Source of the DNA: Raillietiella orientalis
Taxonomy: Eukaryota
DNA length: 64,000 bases
Assembly (NCBI GenBank): GCA_036172245.1
Contig: JAYWIR010000017.1
Span: forward strand, 1,550,001-1,614,000
Direction: 5' to 3'
The translations under genes were made by a program, and so were the position numbers. Every line of letters starts with the position of its first letter. Position 1 is the stretch's first letter. The notes beneath the pieces are model-generated. The model was not told the origin of the DNA and did not search any database. It saw only the letters and a list, made by a program, of their open reading frames with translations. Positions 25,401-39,200 of the stretch are shown here, piece after piece.

Positions 25401-28400
25401 TGTGTGGTTATTAGCGTTGTTACTTTAAGCACCATCATTACTTTGGTTTATGGAAGTCTTTAGGGCGTGAACCGAATGGTGGCATAATTGCAGCACAGTA
25501 GAGCGATTGCAATCCAGAGAGTAGGCACAGAAGAAGATCAGAACGGAAATCCAGAAACTGACTACTCAAAACCAGATTCAAAATGAAAGACTTGGCAGCA
25601 ACAAATCATTTTCGCGGAAGGCTACGATTTTCACGGTAGTCACGATAAGCATGAGATACAATAAGTGATTCTATGACATCGTTTTGGATTCCACGTAATT
25701 TTGCTTCGGATACTGAAGAAAAAAAATACTGTAAGAATGATAAAATACTGTATGCTTGCCTTTACCGTACTCCGTCATAACTATACTTTATAAAGCACAG
25801 TTATGACATTCACAAACCAAAGTTTCTCCGCCTAGAAGGTGGAGGCTTTTACCATCTTATGGAAAGTAAAGTATCACCTGCCTATACAAAGTTTAACTGT
25901 AAACATGTTCTATCCCCCTAACAGTCATTCCACCCTCTTTGGATGAGAAACTCAGAAGACAAGTTTCAAGATTAAGCTGAGATGCTCTAGTCCATTTATC
26001 TAATGAAAAAAAGATGGACAGTATGGGGTGATACAGATCCAGATCACATTGAAGAAAAAAAAAAAAGTTTGGATAATTTTTCGAATGACGGGCTAAAATA
26101 GGATGGAAATAGAAATTCGGGAACTTCTTTGCTGCCCTGATCGGATTTCTTCTGAGGGATTTAAATCTTCATGCGGGCACAGAGATCCAAATGCGCTCCT
26201 GCCTCGTTTCTGGTCAAACACACTTTTTCGAAAACGCTCACTCCTCTGACTTCAGGCATCTATGCTCAGTTTTTTTGTCCTCTGCTCCTGCCTGCGTTCC
26301 CCTCCCCCCATCCTCATCTCTTTGATTTACGAAGGATCGAGGCACATGAGGAATCCAAGTAGCTAACGTTCAGCACGCTACTTTTCGGTTTTCCAAGCTT
26401 TGAATGAGTTCAGTGTTCCTGGTGCCGGCAAATCGCTTTTTCTACAGTTTCTTCTTCCTAATTCACCACCGTTCTCTGCATTTGTTGTCATATGAAAAGT
26501 TAAGAAAAGAACTCGATGCTTGCTTTATGTCTGGCAGAGTCAGTTTTGCTTTGAAATCTACGAAATCTCCATCTCCAAAAGAATAATACATCGGGTAATT
26601 CTGCTCAAACAGAGAGCTCAGTGCTACTGATGTTTTTACTGCAGTTCAGGGGAAACTGGAGATTTCCTGTGGGTATTGGGATTCTCTTCTCACTAGCAAA
26701 AATGCGCTTACATGTCTTCCCAGTTCATGGGCAGTGTGCTTCCCTTTTTGGTTCCCATCTAGAAGCCTACTGTGCTCTCACGTGCAATCATCCCTTCGCG
26801 AAAATTCCAGATTTCACATTTCAGTTACCGAGTCACTGAGCTTCATACGTGTAAGCAGTTTTAGTTCTTCATTCCAACTTCGGAAACGGTGTTTCAAGAG
26901 GCAGTCGACTTTTAGCAACGCGCAGGTGCTCTGTTTCTTGAGACCTGGGACTTTCTTTCAAGAATTTTCTTACGCTTTTTCGTTTCCTGCATCACTCCAG
27001 GTATAGGACAGCACTTTCCTTCGAATTTTTCCGACCCTTTCCTCTCTGGCAAGCTACTCCAGTTGGAAAAACCTACCTCCTCAACTCCATTAAGTTGGTT
27101 AAGTGCTTTACGAAGCACGGATTCCATTATGTCGATCCTCTAAGGTCGAAACCAAGTTGAACACTAAGAAAGTCTTTGTTTCCAAGATGTTTTTCTCTGC
27201 AACTTTCCCGACAGGAGAGGGTTTTTCTTCTTCAAACAAATGACGAAGACAAATAAAAAGTCAAAGAAAATTGCACTCGGGAGCTCTCAGTACTTAGCAT
27301 GAGGCGATGGCTAGGAAGAGGAACCTTTAGGCTGCCCCAATCCTTTTGCTGAGTGTTTCCTCTTCCTAAACGGAAGCAGCAGAACTTTACATACAATAAA
27401 GAGTTCATTATCATATGCTTATATGTGCGATGCTGATTTGCGCTTTGTGTGTATTACGTACAAAGAGCAAAGCGAAAGTAAAAAGAAATCGAAAGTGAGG
27501 AAGAGAAGCGCCGCTGTTCGGAAACCTTCCTGCAAATCAAAGAAATCAAAGGTAACGGGAACAGATATAAGCGTTTGGGGATCAGATCCTTGGTTTTGGT
27601 TTGAGTGTCATCCTTAAGAGCAGAGATCATAGGGATCACATTATTCGGATTAAGGCACATCTCACCCTAGCCCGGAGTCTCTGTAGTGTGCTCCTGTCTT
27701 GGATCTACTTTTCGTCTTGTGTTTCCTATGCCACATATTCTCTCTGAGTCTGTTGCTACGAACCGCTTCCAGCTCATTTCGTATTTCGAGTCCTGTTTGA
27801 AGCTGGAGTGGAAACTGGGAAGGTACTGCAAGATAGGCAGCTGCCGCGGGTTCACGATTCAAGGAGCACACACTTGGATAGCACGAAGAGGAAAAAAAGA
27901 AAAAAAAAGGGAAAGATTTTTTTTTAAGGAAGTAATTATGATATGAGGTTCTTTTGCTTTGAACGGGAGAAGATCAAAACAGATCACTGCGCCTTTGGCA
28001 CTGACAGCGCGTGTTCCGGCTCTGTTTGTAGAGGTGACAACTTTCAGAAATGATCTCGAAGTCGGAGACGCCATCCTGTAAGAGTGGTTTGAAATACAGT
28101 TTCCATAAATTTGGCCCGCTAAATGAAATCGCGCAATTTCCAACTGCCGACTTGCGAGCAAGCGGTTCCTTCGAGCTGAGATCGGCAACATGCATCCGCA
28201 TGATGAGAAGCAGCAAAGCAGGAAGAAATGAAGATGTGCTAATAAACGGACGGATATCTTCTGAATGATGAATTCTTCCTCGGTTCGGATTATTTGGCAG
28301 AGATTCAAAGCAGGCTTTCACAAAGAGCAATGTGCTTGCACTGCTAGTTGAGAGCAATACGAGAGACCATTTTTCAAGGAAGTCCAGCAGTACTTGAGAA

Positions 28401-29077
28401 AAGAATATGGGGTTAAGAAAATTTGATGTAGTTCAGTAGATGAATTTTTCCTGATGCTGAAGAACAAAAGGGATCAAAGCAAAGCTCTGGAACTCTCTTT
28501 TCTCCCCTCAGGTGAACTCTTTTGTCCTTTTCCTTACAAAAAGGACCAACTGGTTCCAGCACGTGCATTCGAGGTTTCTTTCTTCTGCAGTCTCGGTACT
28601 TTCCCTTTCTATCAGTTATTGCTGCCTACTATTCTTTTTCGTAACACCAGCAACTTAGCGGCGCTTGCTTCTCGAAGGCGTTTTGCTAACCAGGCTGATC
28701 TTTAGAGTACATTAATCTCTTGGTTGGACCGTCGTGTTCATGCAATAAAGATGGATATAAAATGCTTTGCAGTCACATCCATGTCATTTAGAGGTTTACT
28801 AAGGATGCAATCTCATCTTGCCACACTCCTGAGAAAAGCATCGTTTTCTCAGCCATGGTAACTGTTTTTCCTGCATGGTCGTCTTTCTGAGATACGCCAC
28901 TTTTGTCTCCAAGAAACAGCAGCCGGAGAACCAGAATGTCTGGGAGTCTCGTTTGTAAAGTCGAGGGATGCTGATGAGCTTTCATAGAATTTTTGAACTA
29001 CAAACTCACTATTATTTTCGGCGCAGTGAGATCAAAAAGGAAAAAAAAAAAAAAAAAAGGAAAAAGGAAACTGCTTA

Positions 29078-29188
<111 letters not shown>

Positions 29189-29286
29189 CTAAGGTCAGAC
29201 ACAAGTGATTCCTAATTATACTCTGTCTGTAGTTAATTAGCCACTTTTTTTTTTTTTAATGTAAAAAGGTTAGGAGTTGTTCTCAC

Positions 29287-29439
29287 CCTATGATTCTGAT
29301 AAGCCGTAACCGCTGTGAATCGAGTTTCCGAGAACACAAAAGTTTTGAAGTTTTCTGTAAGACTCGCATCTTCGGTTTTGGGATTCACGTAGACAACATG
29401 AAAACGTGGTTGGTATCGATGCATGGAGTTTAGAATGAT
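29287..29439 (-). CDS. Tbx1: Tbx1 coding exon 5 ([51 protein letters not shown])
   Basis: Acceptor ttctctctttgatgcag, 51 codons of T-box, donor AGG|GTGAGA. Confidence 0.97.
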
Positions 29440-32400
29440 CTGCATCAAAGAGAGAACATTTGAGACGTTCAGAAGGCGCTTAATCATTTCAAAATCTGTG
29501 CAAAATAGCCATTTTGTCGCAAATTTTTCAGCCACCTGCGTAGAGATTTCCGAAACCCTTCGGAACCAATGTCGGACTTTTTGTGATGCATAAGCCGACT
29601 GCGAGAGAGACAGAGCAGCTTCCCAGTTTTTTCTAAAGTATGATCAGAGTTTTTTCCGGGAAAATTCTTACCTCTATGAGGATACGTTTCCAAGATGTGT
29701 ATTTTGTGAAAAAATCAAATTTGGGAAACCAAATCTGATTTGAGATCAACCTTCTTTATTATGGAAAATGTAAACTTTTAGAGTTATCAGTTAAAACCCT
29801 CATTAATTACTAAATTGTCCTTTCCAATATTTTTTTTTTGAGGCAACTCCGAACCAGCTGGCAGATCACTGCGATCATACTGTAAAATTGCTTCTCAGTA
29901 TCCTATTCTCGCATCCTTGCTGCTCGGAAAAGTCTCAAAAAAGTAATCAGACAATGATTCTAATGATTTCTCCAGCTTCTAACTCCATTACAGTATCTCA
30001 ACGCCTAGCAAATCCCTTAAAACCTGGGTTCATTCTTTGTAGCTTATTTTTAGAGATTCTAACGAAGCATGAGCTTCTGACTGATATCATTGAAGAAGAT
30101 AAAAGTGTTGAGGGAGTGTTCTGGGACACGACTTCGATTGGTGGACACATATTCTCGAGTCCACCAATCGAAGGACTCGAGCTGAGATTAAGTAAACGGG
30201 ATATGCATCCGCACAAAAGCTTCCATAACAAGCGCAGTTTCCTAGAGGAGGAGCACAATTTCTCTAATCAGGATTCCAAAATTTGAAAGATTCTACAAAT
30301 TAAGCAAAGGTCAAGAAGGCAAAGATAAGGTTTAGGATTTCCTCCAAACGAGGAAAAACTAATTTTATGCACTGTTTCTGGAATAAAGGTGGGACAATTC
30401 CAATAGAGAGACTACCTTTGGAACAAAGCGTACCAGTCAGAAATAGTTAGTTTCTAAAACATGCATGAGGAAAACTGCTGAAAGAAGAGATCCGCGTGCT
30501 TTAATGCTGTTTCTCATTTTACAATGACCGAACCATTTACTGGAGCGCCACGGTCATCTTTGCGAACACAACTGCCTCCAGGAGTATACAAGGGAAGATA
30601 GGGCACAGCGGATAGGTGATGCGCAAAATGTTTCAGACAAAGCATATACATGCTGGAAGCAAATGGAAACTTCCCAAATGATGTGTTAACATGAATGGCA
30701 GTTTCTGAAAGTATTTTCTTTGGAGGAGATAAGACCGGAAGAAGAGGTAAGTTGCAAAACAGCGAAACGAAGCTCAGACAAACCAGCGGAGCCACAAGCG
30801 ACTAGCGACTTCCACGCAGATCCAATCGTTTCTTATGGATGCAACTGATTACAGCTCAAATGTTTCTCCGGACCCGTGAAAAAATGCCCAAGATAACGAC
30901 ATTTCCTTATGGATGCATTGAGCAAGTATCTCTTTTTCCGCACGACAAGTTTCCATCGTGGAAAAACTCATGTTCCTATCAAGGGGTGGAAAGGGATGCA
31001 GAGTATTGCGAAAGTGGAGGAACCTAGCATGCCTTGACGAATTTCATATACCCATTACCAATACAAAGGAAAACGTGTGTAACAACCCTGATACCACCCT
31101 AATTTTGGTTTTTGAAAAACGCAGATTGCACCTTCGACCTTAGATTTTAAGCTGACTTGCATACTTCACAAAGACATTACTTCTTCGGCAACACCTAATT
31201 TCGCCATTTAGTTTGCAATCCTCAGAAAGCGATCCTAAGTTTTGATTTACGATAGTTGGTCCGTGAAAGTGGGTAGTGAACAGAGGATACATGAAGCAAT
31301 ATGAAATCGAGAATCGAATAGGTGACTGAATAGTTTTGAATGCATGCAAAGGAACTAAGAAGCAGATCACCTTCATTAAGTTAGTCGGGTAAGGAGGGAT
31401 TTTTTTTTAGATCGACGTTCTTGAAAGCACATGCGGCAATTCGAGTTATCAGCGTGCTCTTGGAATTAGGAAAAGGGGGACAGAAAGCAGAAAATAGATG
31501 ATTTCTATTCTTTGTATTTAGATTTCTAGGCGTCCCGAGAATGATTTTCAAAAAAATTCATATTCTTTTGACCTTTTACAAAGATAGCCACAAAGAATGA
31601 ATGGTGCATGAAGCATCAGAACGGATAACTGTTTCGAGATACTTCTATTATATATAGCTATAATATGAAATCATTTCACACTTCTTAAAACATTTTAAAT
31701 GTTTTAAGCTTATCACTTAGTAAATTCAGAGCCTTAGTTTTTCCTAGTCTGCAAGATGCTCCCCATAAAAGCAAATCAGCAAATCTAACAACTCAAGAGT
31801 ATTTCCTTCAGAATCCGTAGATCATATACGAATTTTTTTTTGGAATATTCCTCCATAACTTGATGGCGCCAATCTCTGTTATCATAAGAATTAAGTTCTG
31901 CTTATAATTAAGAGTGAAGAAGATAAGAGTTTCCTGAAGAAGAAAGGCTTTAAGTCGCGAAAGTTTACATTTGAAACCAGATAGCTTGACATAGAGGCAT
32001 GTAAGCTGAAACCGATTTAGAAGATTCACCGTAAAATTTATGGAGCTGAAGGTTGTGCAAGAAAACTTAGTGAAAGTATCGAAATGCATTACCGAAGGAT
32101 AATTCTGTCTCAAGCAATGATCCCAGTTTCTTGAATCACTAGCTGACTTGAGGAACTGAACTTCATCGGTAAACAGAGTGTCTTTCTTACTCTATGATTT
32201 TCCACAGCTTCCAATCCCTTTTAAGCTTAGCCCGATAGAAATGACTTCAAAAATTTACGGCAATGGCAGCAAACTTGTGAGAAAAAAGTTTTCTTGATTT
32301 CTGCAGCTCTTATGAGAGGACAATTCTGACAGATAAAAATAACTGAAGGGGCACTTGGGAGCCGGAATTTCAGTACCACAACCAAATACGAGAAGCAATC

Positions 32401-33490
32401 GTAACTTCATTTCTCATAGGAGAAAAAAAAAAAAACTTTATGAATCTCAAGATTCTCATGCAAGGGTCGAGAAGTATTTATTTAATTTTCAAAATGACAA
32501 TAAAGCTACGAATCTTTGACAGTACGTAGAAGATGATCCTTCAGTTCTTGAAAAATTTTATTGGCAGGCATGTCAAATACTTATAAATAAATTAAAATAA
32601 ATCTCCTTGAAGATGGATTTCAAAAACGCGATTCCAGGACATGGGACAGAGCAATTTAATGCCTGCTCATTTCTTATTTAGTTGCCACAGCGCTACTTGC
32701 GTTTCTCTGTGAGAATTCTTTAAGATCTGCATTTTGGAGCAGCGTATCATTTGAAAAAGCTGAGCTGAAATAAGGTCCACTCTGGAGCACGGGAAACTGT
32801 ATTTCAGAGTGAACTTATTCTTTCTAGCCTGAGGTGAATAATGTCCATGCATAAAACCCCGCCTCATCCATTTAATAAACGAGGCAATGAGGAAGCAACC
32901 GACTGAAAAATTTGATGATGAATCGCTAGATGTATTCTCTGAACTGAAAATTTGATTGATTTGAAAATTTCCTATAGGACTTTTAATTTGTGAGAGGATC
33001 TTGTCAATTTGTAGCATGAAAGGCACTCATCTGCTAACCGCTGTTATTGAAATCCCAAGCGGATCTGCTGGTCAGGCTCGAAACGATTTGCAAACAGTTT
33101 AAGGTTTATTCTCTACAGCGTTTTCAAACTCAAGAATAATCATTGCAATACGGCGCAACTTCGTTTTCGAGATGAGTCAAGAGTTCTAAAAGATCACGTC
33201 TGGTAATAAAGTTTCATCCTCGTTCGGTAAACAGATACAAATCTACAGAGATCTCTCTAATAACTGGTCTCGAAATTCTCAAACTTAGTAGTTTACAAAG
33301 ATCCGTCTTCTGAAAGAGAAAGTACCACACAACCTCAAGCGCGAACGACAGCTTACGACCAAGACATTTCCATTACGCATAAATACAATAGCGTTCTTCG
33401 AATTTTGACTGATGGGATTCATCCCAATGAATTATCCTATGCATCCAAGCCCCAAACTGTTGAGGAAAACACATCTGGGAGGATACTCAC

Positions 33491-33647
33491 ATGTCCATAG
33501 TCATCTAGCTGATTGTTCGTGAGCTTCAATTTATCAAAGGCTACAACTTGTTTTGTCCACTGTGACCCTTTGGCAGGAGAATCCGGGTGCACATGTATCC
33601 TTGGAGGGCTGTTCGGATCTGCCTTACCAGCGACTACCCAGCTAGAA
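33491..33647 (-). CDS. Tbx1: Tbx1 coding exon 4 ([52 protein letters not shown])
   Basis: Acceptor gcgctctctcaag restores the conserved FHSSSW. Donor CAT|GTGAGT (phase 0). Confidence 0.95.
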
Positions 33648-33687
33648 CTTGAGAGAGCGCACATTGAGGCACAACTTTCCAACAAAC

Positions 33688-33804
33688 CTGTGAAACGAAT
33701 ATCTGTATCGTTTGTCATCCACTGGCACAAAATCCATCATCAGAATGTAATCTGAAAGGGGATCCATCCCGTAGAGACGAACCTGGAAAGTCGGAAACAT
33801 CCTC
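33688..33804 (-). CDS. Tbx1: Tbx1 coding exon 3 ([39 protein letters not shown])
   Basis: Acceptor gatttttctttctag, T-box homology, donor AG|GTTTGT (phase 2). Confidence 0.96.
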
Positions 33805-34379
33805 CTAGAAAGAAAAATCGAGAAATGCAACTTGATCGAAACATTCGTGTTTCGAGACAGTGCTCGATTATGGATGACACCAGAACTGTATTCCTAGAAG
33901 CGGGGTGTTCCAAGATATAAGTAGGCGTTACGCAATCCAAGAACCGAAAAGCTTTCCTGTCTCCATCAGTGCAGGTGCACTTGGAAGTCGCCCTAGCAAA
34001 TGCAGCAGCCTTCTTGTCTAATTTGAAGCTCAGTCCTGGCTGTCAAGTACGTTAAGCACTGGTCACGTTTCCTGTGGTGGGAACAGGAACAGGTGGAGTA
34101 CGGAATAGTTGATAGTATTCCGGGTTATCAAACATTTCTTGCGGAGACCTCGAACAACACGCTTCTCTGTCTTTCAAGATGAATTTACGTGTGTGTCCGT
34201 AGGTCACACTAGCGACAATGAGCACAAGATGCAAACGGAGTGATGGGCATGGACGTTCACTCTGAAAGTTCGAATCAAGGAAAGTCTGGATGAAAGCGAA
34301 AAGAACCTCAAAGAAACCCTGAAGAGGGAAACCTGGGGTCTTCCCTCGTCACAGAAGTTGCAGAAAAAGGATTTCTCCA

Positions 34380-34383
<4 letters not shown>

Positions 34384-34422
<39 letters not shown>
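34384..34422. repeat. (TG)19 microsatellite
   Basis: Perfect TG run read directly. Confidence 0.95.
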
Positions 34423-34423
<1 letters not shown>

Positions 34424-35099
34424 TTTGAGCAAATGCATGCCGCAGACAATGATTTCCCAAGGAAAAGCTGGCTACTAATAGATACAGAAATCAGAAGAAG
34501 CAGCGGAGCGGGTTTTCAAGGCAAGGAAACGCTTTTCGCAGGAGAATCTTCAAGTGCTGGGCAACAGAAAAGGGAAGGAGAGACCGGGATGGAAATGCAT
34601 GAGAATTCCAAACGAGAGAGAGTGAGAAAAGATCTAAGCTCCAAACGGGTAGCAAATCGCTCTTACGATTCTCTCTCTTTTTTTAAAAGCAACTTCCTCT
34701 TTCTTGTTTAGAAAACTGGACAAATTACTAACAGTCGAATTTTCATAGAAATGTCGTTTCCTGCTTGCGGAGGATGAGCAGATTCACTGTTCTGTCTGTC
34801 CTTTCGAGGAGAACAATACTGAAGGTTTTTTTTTTTTTTTATCCTGAATGTCACCTGACACCTGTCTCCGCATCTCCATCATTCCCTATCCATCTCAGTC
34901 CCCCCATGAAGAAGTCGGACCGAGGATTTCCCCTTAGAGGTGTATCGGTGACATTAAATTGTCGAAACGTGAGAATCAGTCGAAAAATGTCTTTGAAATC
35001 GTCTAAGATTACCGGAACGGTTCGATGATGATAAGCAGACGACATACGAAGTTGATGAATCTGCCCCTGATCAGTCAAAAAGATAGAAAGCACAGAACC

Positions 35100-38000
35100 A
35101 GACAGGATCATGCCCACCAGGAAGACACGACAGCGATTCGGCACGCATGGCAAAGCGAGCTATTAGCGTTCTTTGCCGGGGTGCCGTCGTTCGTCTATCG
35201 AGCAGGGCGGATAGAGCGCTTGTCTTGCGCTTCTGCCGCTCGTTGCTGGGAACTTTCCGCTGTCTTGTCGAAGGAAGGAGCAGCAGAGGAAGCGACAAAT
35301 GGCTTCCTCGGCATCATCCCCGCCCGTGTTGCCTTCGTGTGGGTAAGCAGAAAGGAAAGCAGAGCACAGGGAGGAGGAGGAAAGCCACGTCCTCAAGCAA
35401 CATCAACACGGCGCAGCACAGAAATCATTCTAATCGCTGCTCATCACACGCGTGACTGGGGCAATGTCTGGTGGGTGTCGACGGTTTTGGAAACAATGAG
35501 GTGTGGCATCCGCTGCGGTGTCGGTTCCGTGACGTCATCCACAGATGCGGGACGAGCGGCAGAGAACATCGTTACTGTACCTTTCTGTATCGTTACTGTA
35601 TCCTCGCGTGCCACAAGGAGAAAAGGGAGAATGGGAATCGGCACAGAAATTTCAAGACCTAGTGGTCGTGGTGACCGGGATCTTCTGGGTCCGCTCGCGT
35701 ATTATCATCAATGCTCTCTCTACAGACGGGATGGGGGGGGGGGGAAGTGGAGGGTCAGTTTCAGCGGCGCGGACTGACGGAAGCCGGCAAACTTTCACTC
35801 ACGTTCTGAAGCTCGCAAAGGCGAAGACGTGGTCAAGAAAGGGGGATTCAGTGTCAGCTCGGAGTTATGGGACCTCAACGGAATGGGGGATTGAGTCGGA
35901 TCTCTGTTCCTCAGTAGCAACCAAACAGTCCAAGAGCAAAGACAGCAGTCATCGCAACGATGCTGGGACAACCGCAAAACGCAGAGAAAAATCTATTCGA
36001 ACGATGCAGATGTTTCACGTGTTCGGGCGCAACCAACAGAGCTCGTGCGCCTTGCATCTGGGACAAGCAACTCCAACAAACCCAGTAGGGTGGGTGTGGT
36101 CGCTTGAGACGCCCTTCGTAGGTGACGAGATGTCTAGGAGAGCCCCTGTTTACCAGAGTAGAAGCTATCCTTCGAAAAGGGGCGAGAGTGAATTCGAAGG
36201 GAAAGGGGTGCTGCTGTGGTCGGGCACGTACATGGTGATAACAGTGAAGGGACGGGAGGAGGTACAAACCGCATCCCAGTGCATGCCACCAGTCTCGAAC
36301 GAGAACGGCGGTGGCGACCTCAGTTTCCCGACTTCCTCGCTAGGCAAAGGATCCCACTCGAACTGGGAAGAGATCTGGCCGGGAAATGCGGCAGACACAC
36401 GAGCGACTGTGAATCCCAGCGGTTCAGGATTTTTTGCCTGGGATCAAAGATTCAAGATTGCACCGCTCAACGCACCCTGCGAGCTTCTCATGGGCGCCGC
36501 CGAGTCTGACTGTTCTGAGTGAGCATCATCATGGCACCAATCGTAGCAACCCTAGCAAGGGTTTTTGCAATTTCAAAGGATTGTCAAGATCCCGACATTT
36601 AGGGAGCAACTGAGATGAAACAACTGAGCTTTTCTACCCCAATTTGTAGCTGGAGAGAGAGCTCTGTCTGTCGATCGGGATAGCTGGTGAAGAGACGCTG
36701 GTGTTCGTATTTTGTGGACGCTCTTGGCTTTCCTTCGGTGAGACTTGCAAGTGACCCCCGAAATGAGAGTTCATCCCAGTCGTGGGACACGGATGTTTGA
36801 CACTTTGAGCCCTCCGCAGGCTATGAGTAGCAGCCTAAACGGACGAAAAGCAAAGCTGGAAGAGCCTGGGGAAAGCAGGAAGGAAGCTAGTCTTGTCAAC
36901 TGGATTCGTCAGGAATCCCCAGGCATTGGCAGTACCTGACCCGGAAACTTTCGCTCCAGAGTCGGCTTTGCACGCGAGTTCGGTTTGCTTCCCATCCTCG
37001 CGGAACGATGAGTTGAAGAATCACAGCTTTCCGTCGGGAAGGCTGAGGATGGAGACCCGAAAGAACGGAGGTAGAGGCGGAATTCGATCCGGGAAGAAAA
37101 GTCAGCAAAAGTATCAGAGGAGTCAGAGGGGCTATCCTCGCGCAAGAAGAGCGTGGCGTTGCCACTGCAACCTCCAACCCGCCAACCTCGTGTCCCACGT
37201 TGGAGAGCGCGTTCTCCTCGGTGGTCAGCGAAGGACCAGGGAGTGCCGGCCGCACACACCCCTCAGGAAAGTTGACTAGGGAAAGTCCCTCTCGAGGCGC
37301 GCTGCCTCATCGCTCGGAGTCGGCCGCACCTCGCAGTTTCGTCCTCAACTTGCCGCAGCGTGTGTGGTCGGGGAGCGCGCGTGTGCACGGGTGCGCGCCC
37401 ACCGACCTCGATCCTCTGCTCTTTTTCCGCTCTCCACCGGGAGTTGCCGGAGTCGCCACTCCCGGCATTCATCGGGAGTACAACGCGGAGGAGATGTGAG
37501 GAAGCTCTCAACTCGACGGACCGTCTCTTAGGGATGCAATGGAATGTGGAGATCAACCGGCTTCCTGTGCCGCTCGGGATGCAGCTGCCGCGCGAGCTGC
37601 CCCTCGCAATCACTCGGGGCGTCGCAGCCACTCCATGACTCCATGACGTCAGCGGCAAGAGAGAATCAGGGAATGCGAGGAAGGGAGAAGAGGAGGAAGG
37701 GAAGGCCCCACGCCCACTACTCGAACGATGCCGCAGAAGGAGCTCTTCCCCGACGTTCCCTTGTGGCCCCCGAGAAATCGCGACCCGGATTGACGTCCCC
37801 CTCTGTGTTTCTGTGCGCGGCCTTCCGCTAGAGGGACGGGCACCTGAGAAGTGGACACCAGAACAGTGCGATGGAGCAGGGGAGCTCCCTTGTGAGCCAC
37901 GGGGTCGAAACCAGAGCCGCGGAGCGGGAAGTCGCCTGGAATCCAGGGGTCCACCACCTAGCTACATTCCCGGGCTCGCCTGAGGGCTCTGTCTTCGGCG

Positions 38001-39200
38001 AGACCAGAGGAAGGCTGCTCCAGAGGCTGCGACGCGCGCGCGCGCGCGCGCAGACGCCGGCAGGTCCTGCGTGGGAGGAAGGTACACGTTCCAGGAGAGT
38101 CTCGCGCGGGAACGAGCTCGTTGAAAGATCACGACGGAGGGGAGGGGATCCAAACGCTCCAAAGCTCCATGCGGCCTCCCTCCCTCCCCTCTCGTCGCTT
38201 CCCTCTCCGGGAGCTCTCTTATCTTCGTGCGACGTCTGGCTCGGTCTCCGAAGCGCTAGCCCCGTCGCTGCGCGCGCGCGCGCATCAGCCGTTCTCCAGG
38301 GGGAAGGCGGAGTGCCACGGGCTCCGCGATCTGCCTTCTTGTGATTGGAGGCTCGGCGCGCAGAGTCAACGGGAATCTACCGCCTCCGGGGCGAGCGTGG
38401 GTGCGGACCAGGAGTTTTCGGCGGGGGAGACGAGGAAACTTCTGGGAGAGGCAGGAGACTTCCTCCGGGAGAAAGAAAGGGTGGAGTAGCCAGGACCGAA
38501 GACGGGGACGAAGGCGCGTGGGAGGGAGGAAACGGGGACGGGAAAGGGGACGAGGGGGAAGATACTGCCACGGGAGCGCTCTTCCAGCGTGTGTAGGGAA
38601 AAAGAAAAACGACCTTCGCAGGAAGTAGTCCTCTGGAAGAGGAGTTTGCTGTAGGAGACGATTCCGAGCAGTGGAACTCAGTTGGCACCCGGGTGGTGCA
38701 GGTTGTTAAGGAGACGAGGAACTCTGAGCAGCCAGGGGAGTGCTCTGCGTTAGAACCAGTTTCAGGAACGTTGCGGGCCCCATCCCACCCCCCTGAATTT
38801 CAGCAGTCCACCGTGGATGTCATTTTTAGCTTCAGTGCGTGCAGCTTCTCAAGCATCCTCAGCGTTTCAAGAGCTGGAAGCCAAGGGAAAAAGGAGTGGG
38901 ACTGAAAGAGCGAAAGAGAAGCTGCGGAGAGGAATTTCGAGAGGAATGAATCCCGGTTCAGTGAAGACTTCAGTCCCTACTTCCCCCAGAAGTGGGAAAC
39001 ACAAATCCAGTATCTCTCTCTCTAGTTCCCCTACCCCCCTACCCTCCAGGACGCAGGAGTAGCAGGCGAAATCCCCAGAGGCTCGCATTTGTCTCGGAGT
39101 CGACTTCCTGTACTCTGGTGGTGGCACTAGAGGAACTGGGCTGGCAACCCAGAGCTCCTCCAAGCACGCCGATAAGAAGAGGGGAACGCTTGAAAAATGT
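35100..39200. other. GC/CpG-rich non-coding island within Tbx1 intron 2 (core ~37100-38620)
   Basis: Same compositional shift. Contains two (CG)n tracts. Confidence 0.65.
38033..38051. repeat. (CG)9 microsatellite
   Basis: Perfect CG run read directly. Shorter (CG)6 runs at 38270-38283 and 57436-57448. Confidence 0.95.

Noticed and set aside
34849..34863. TGTCACCTGACACCT as tandem T-box half-sites for autoregulation
   Set aside because: Imperfect match and spacing. Short matches like this are expected by chance in 64 kb.
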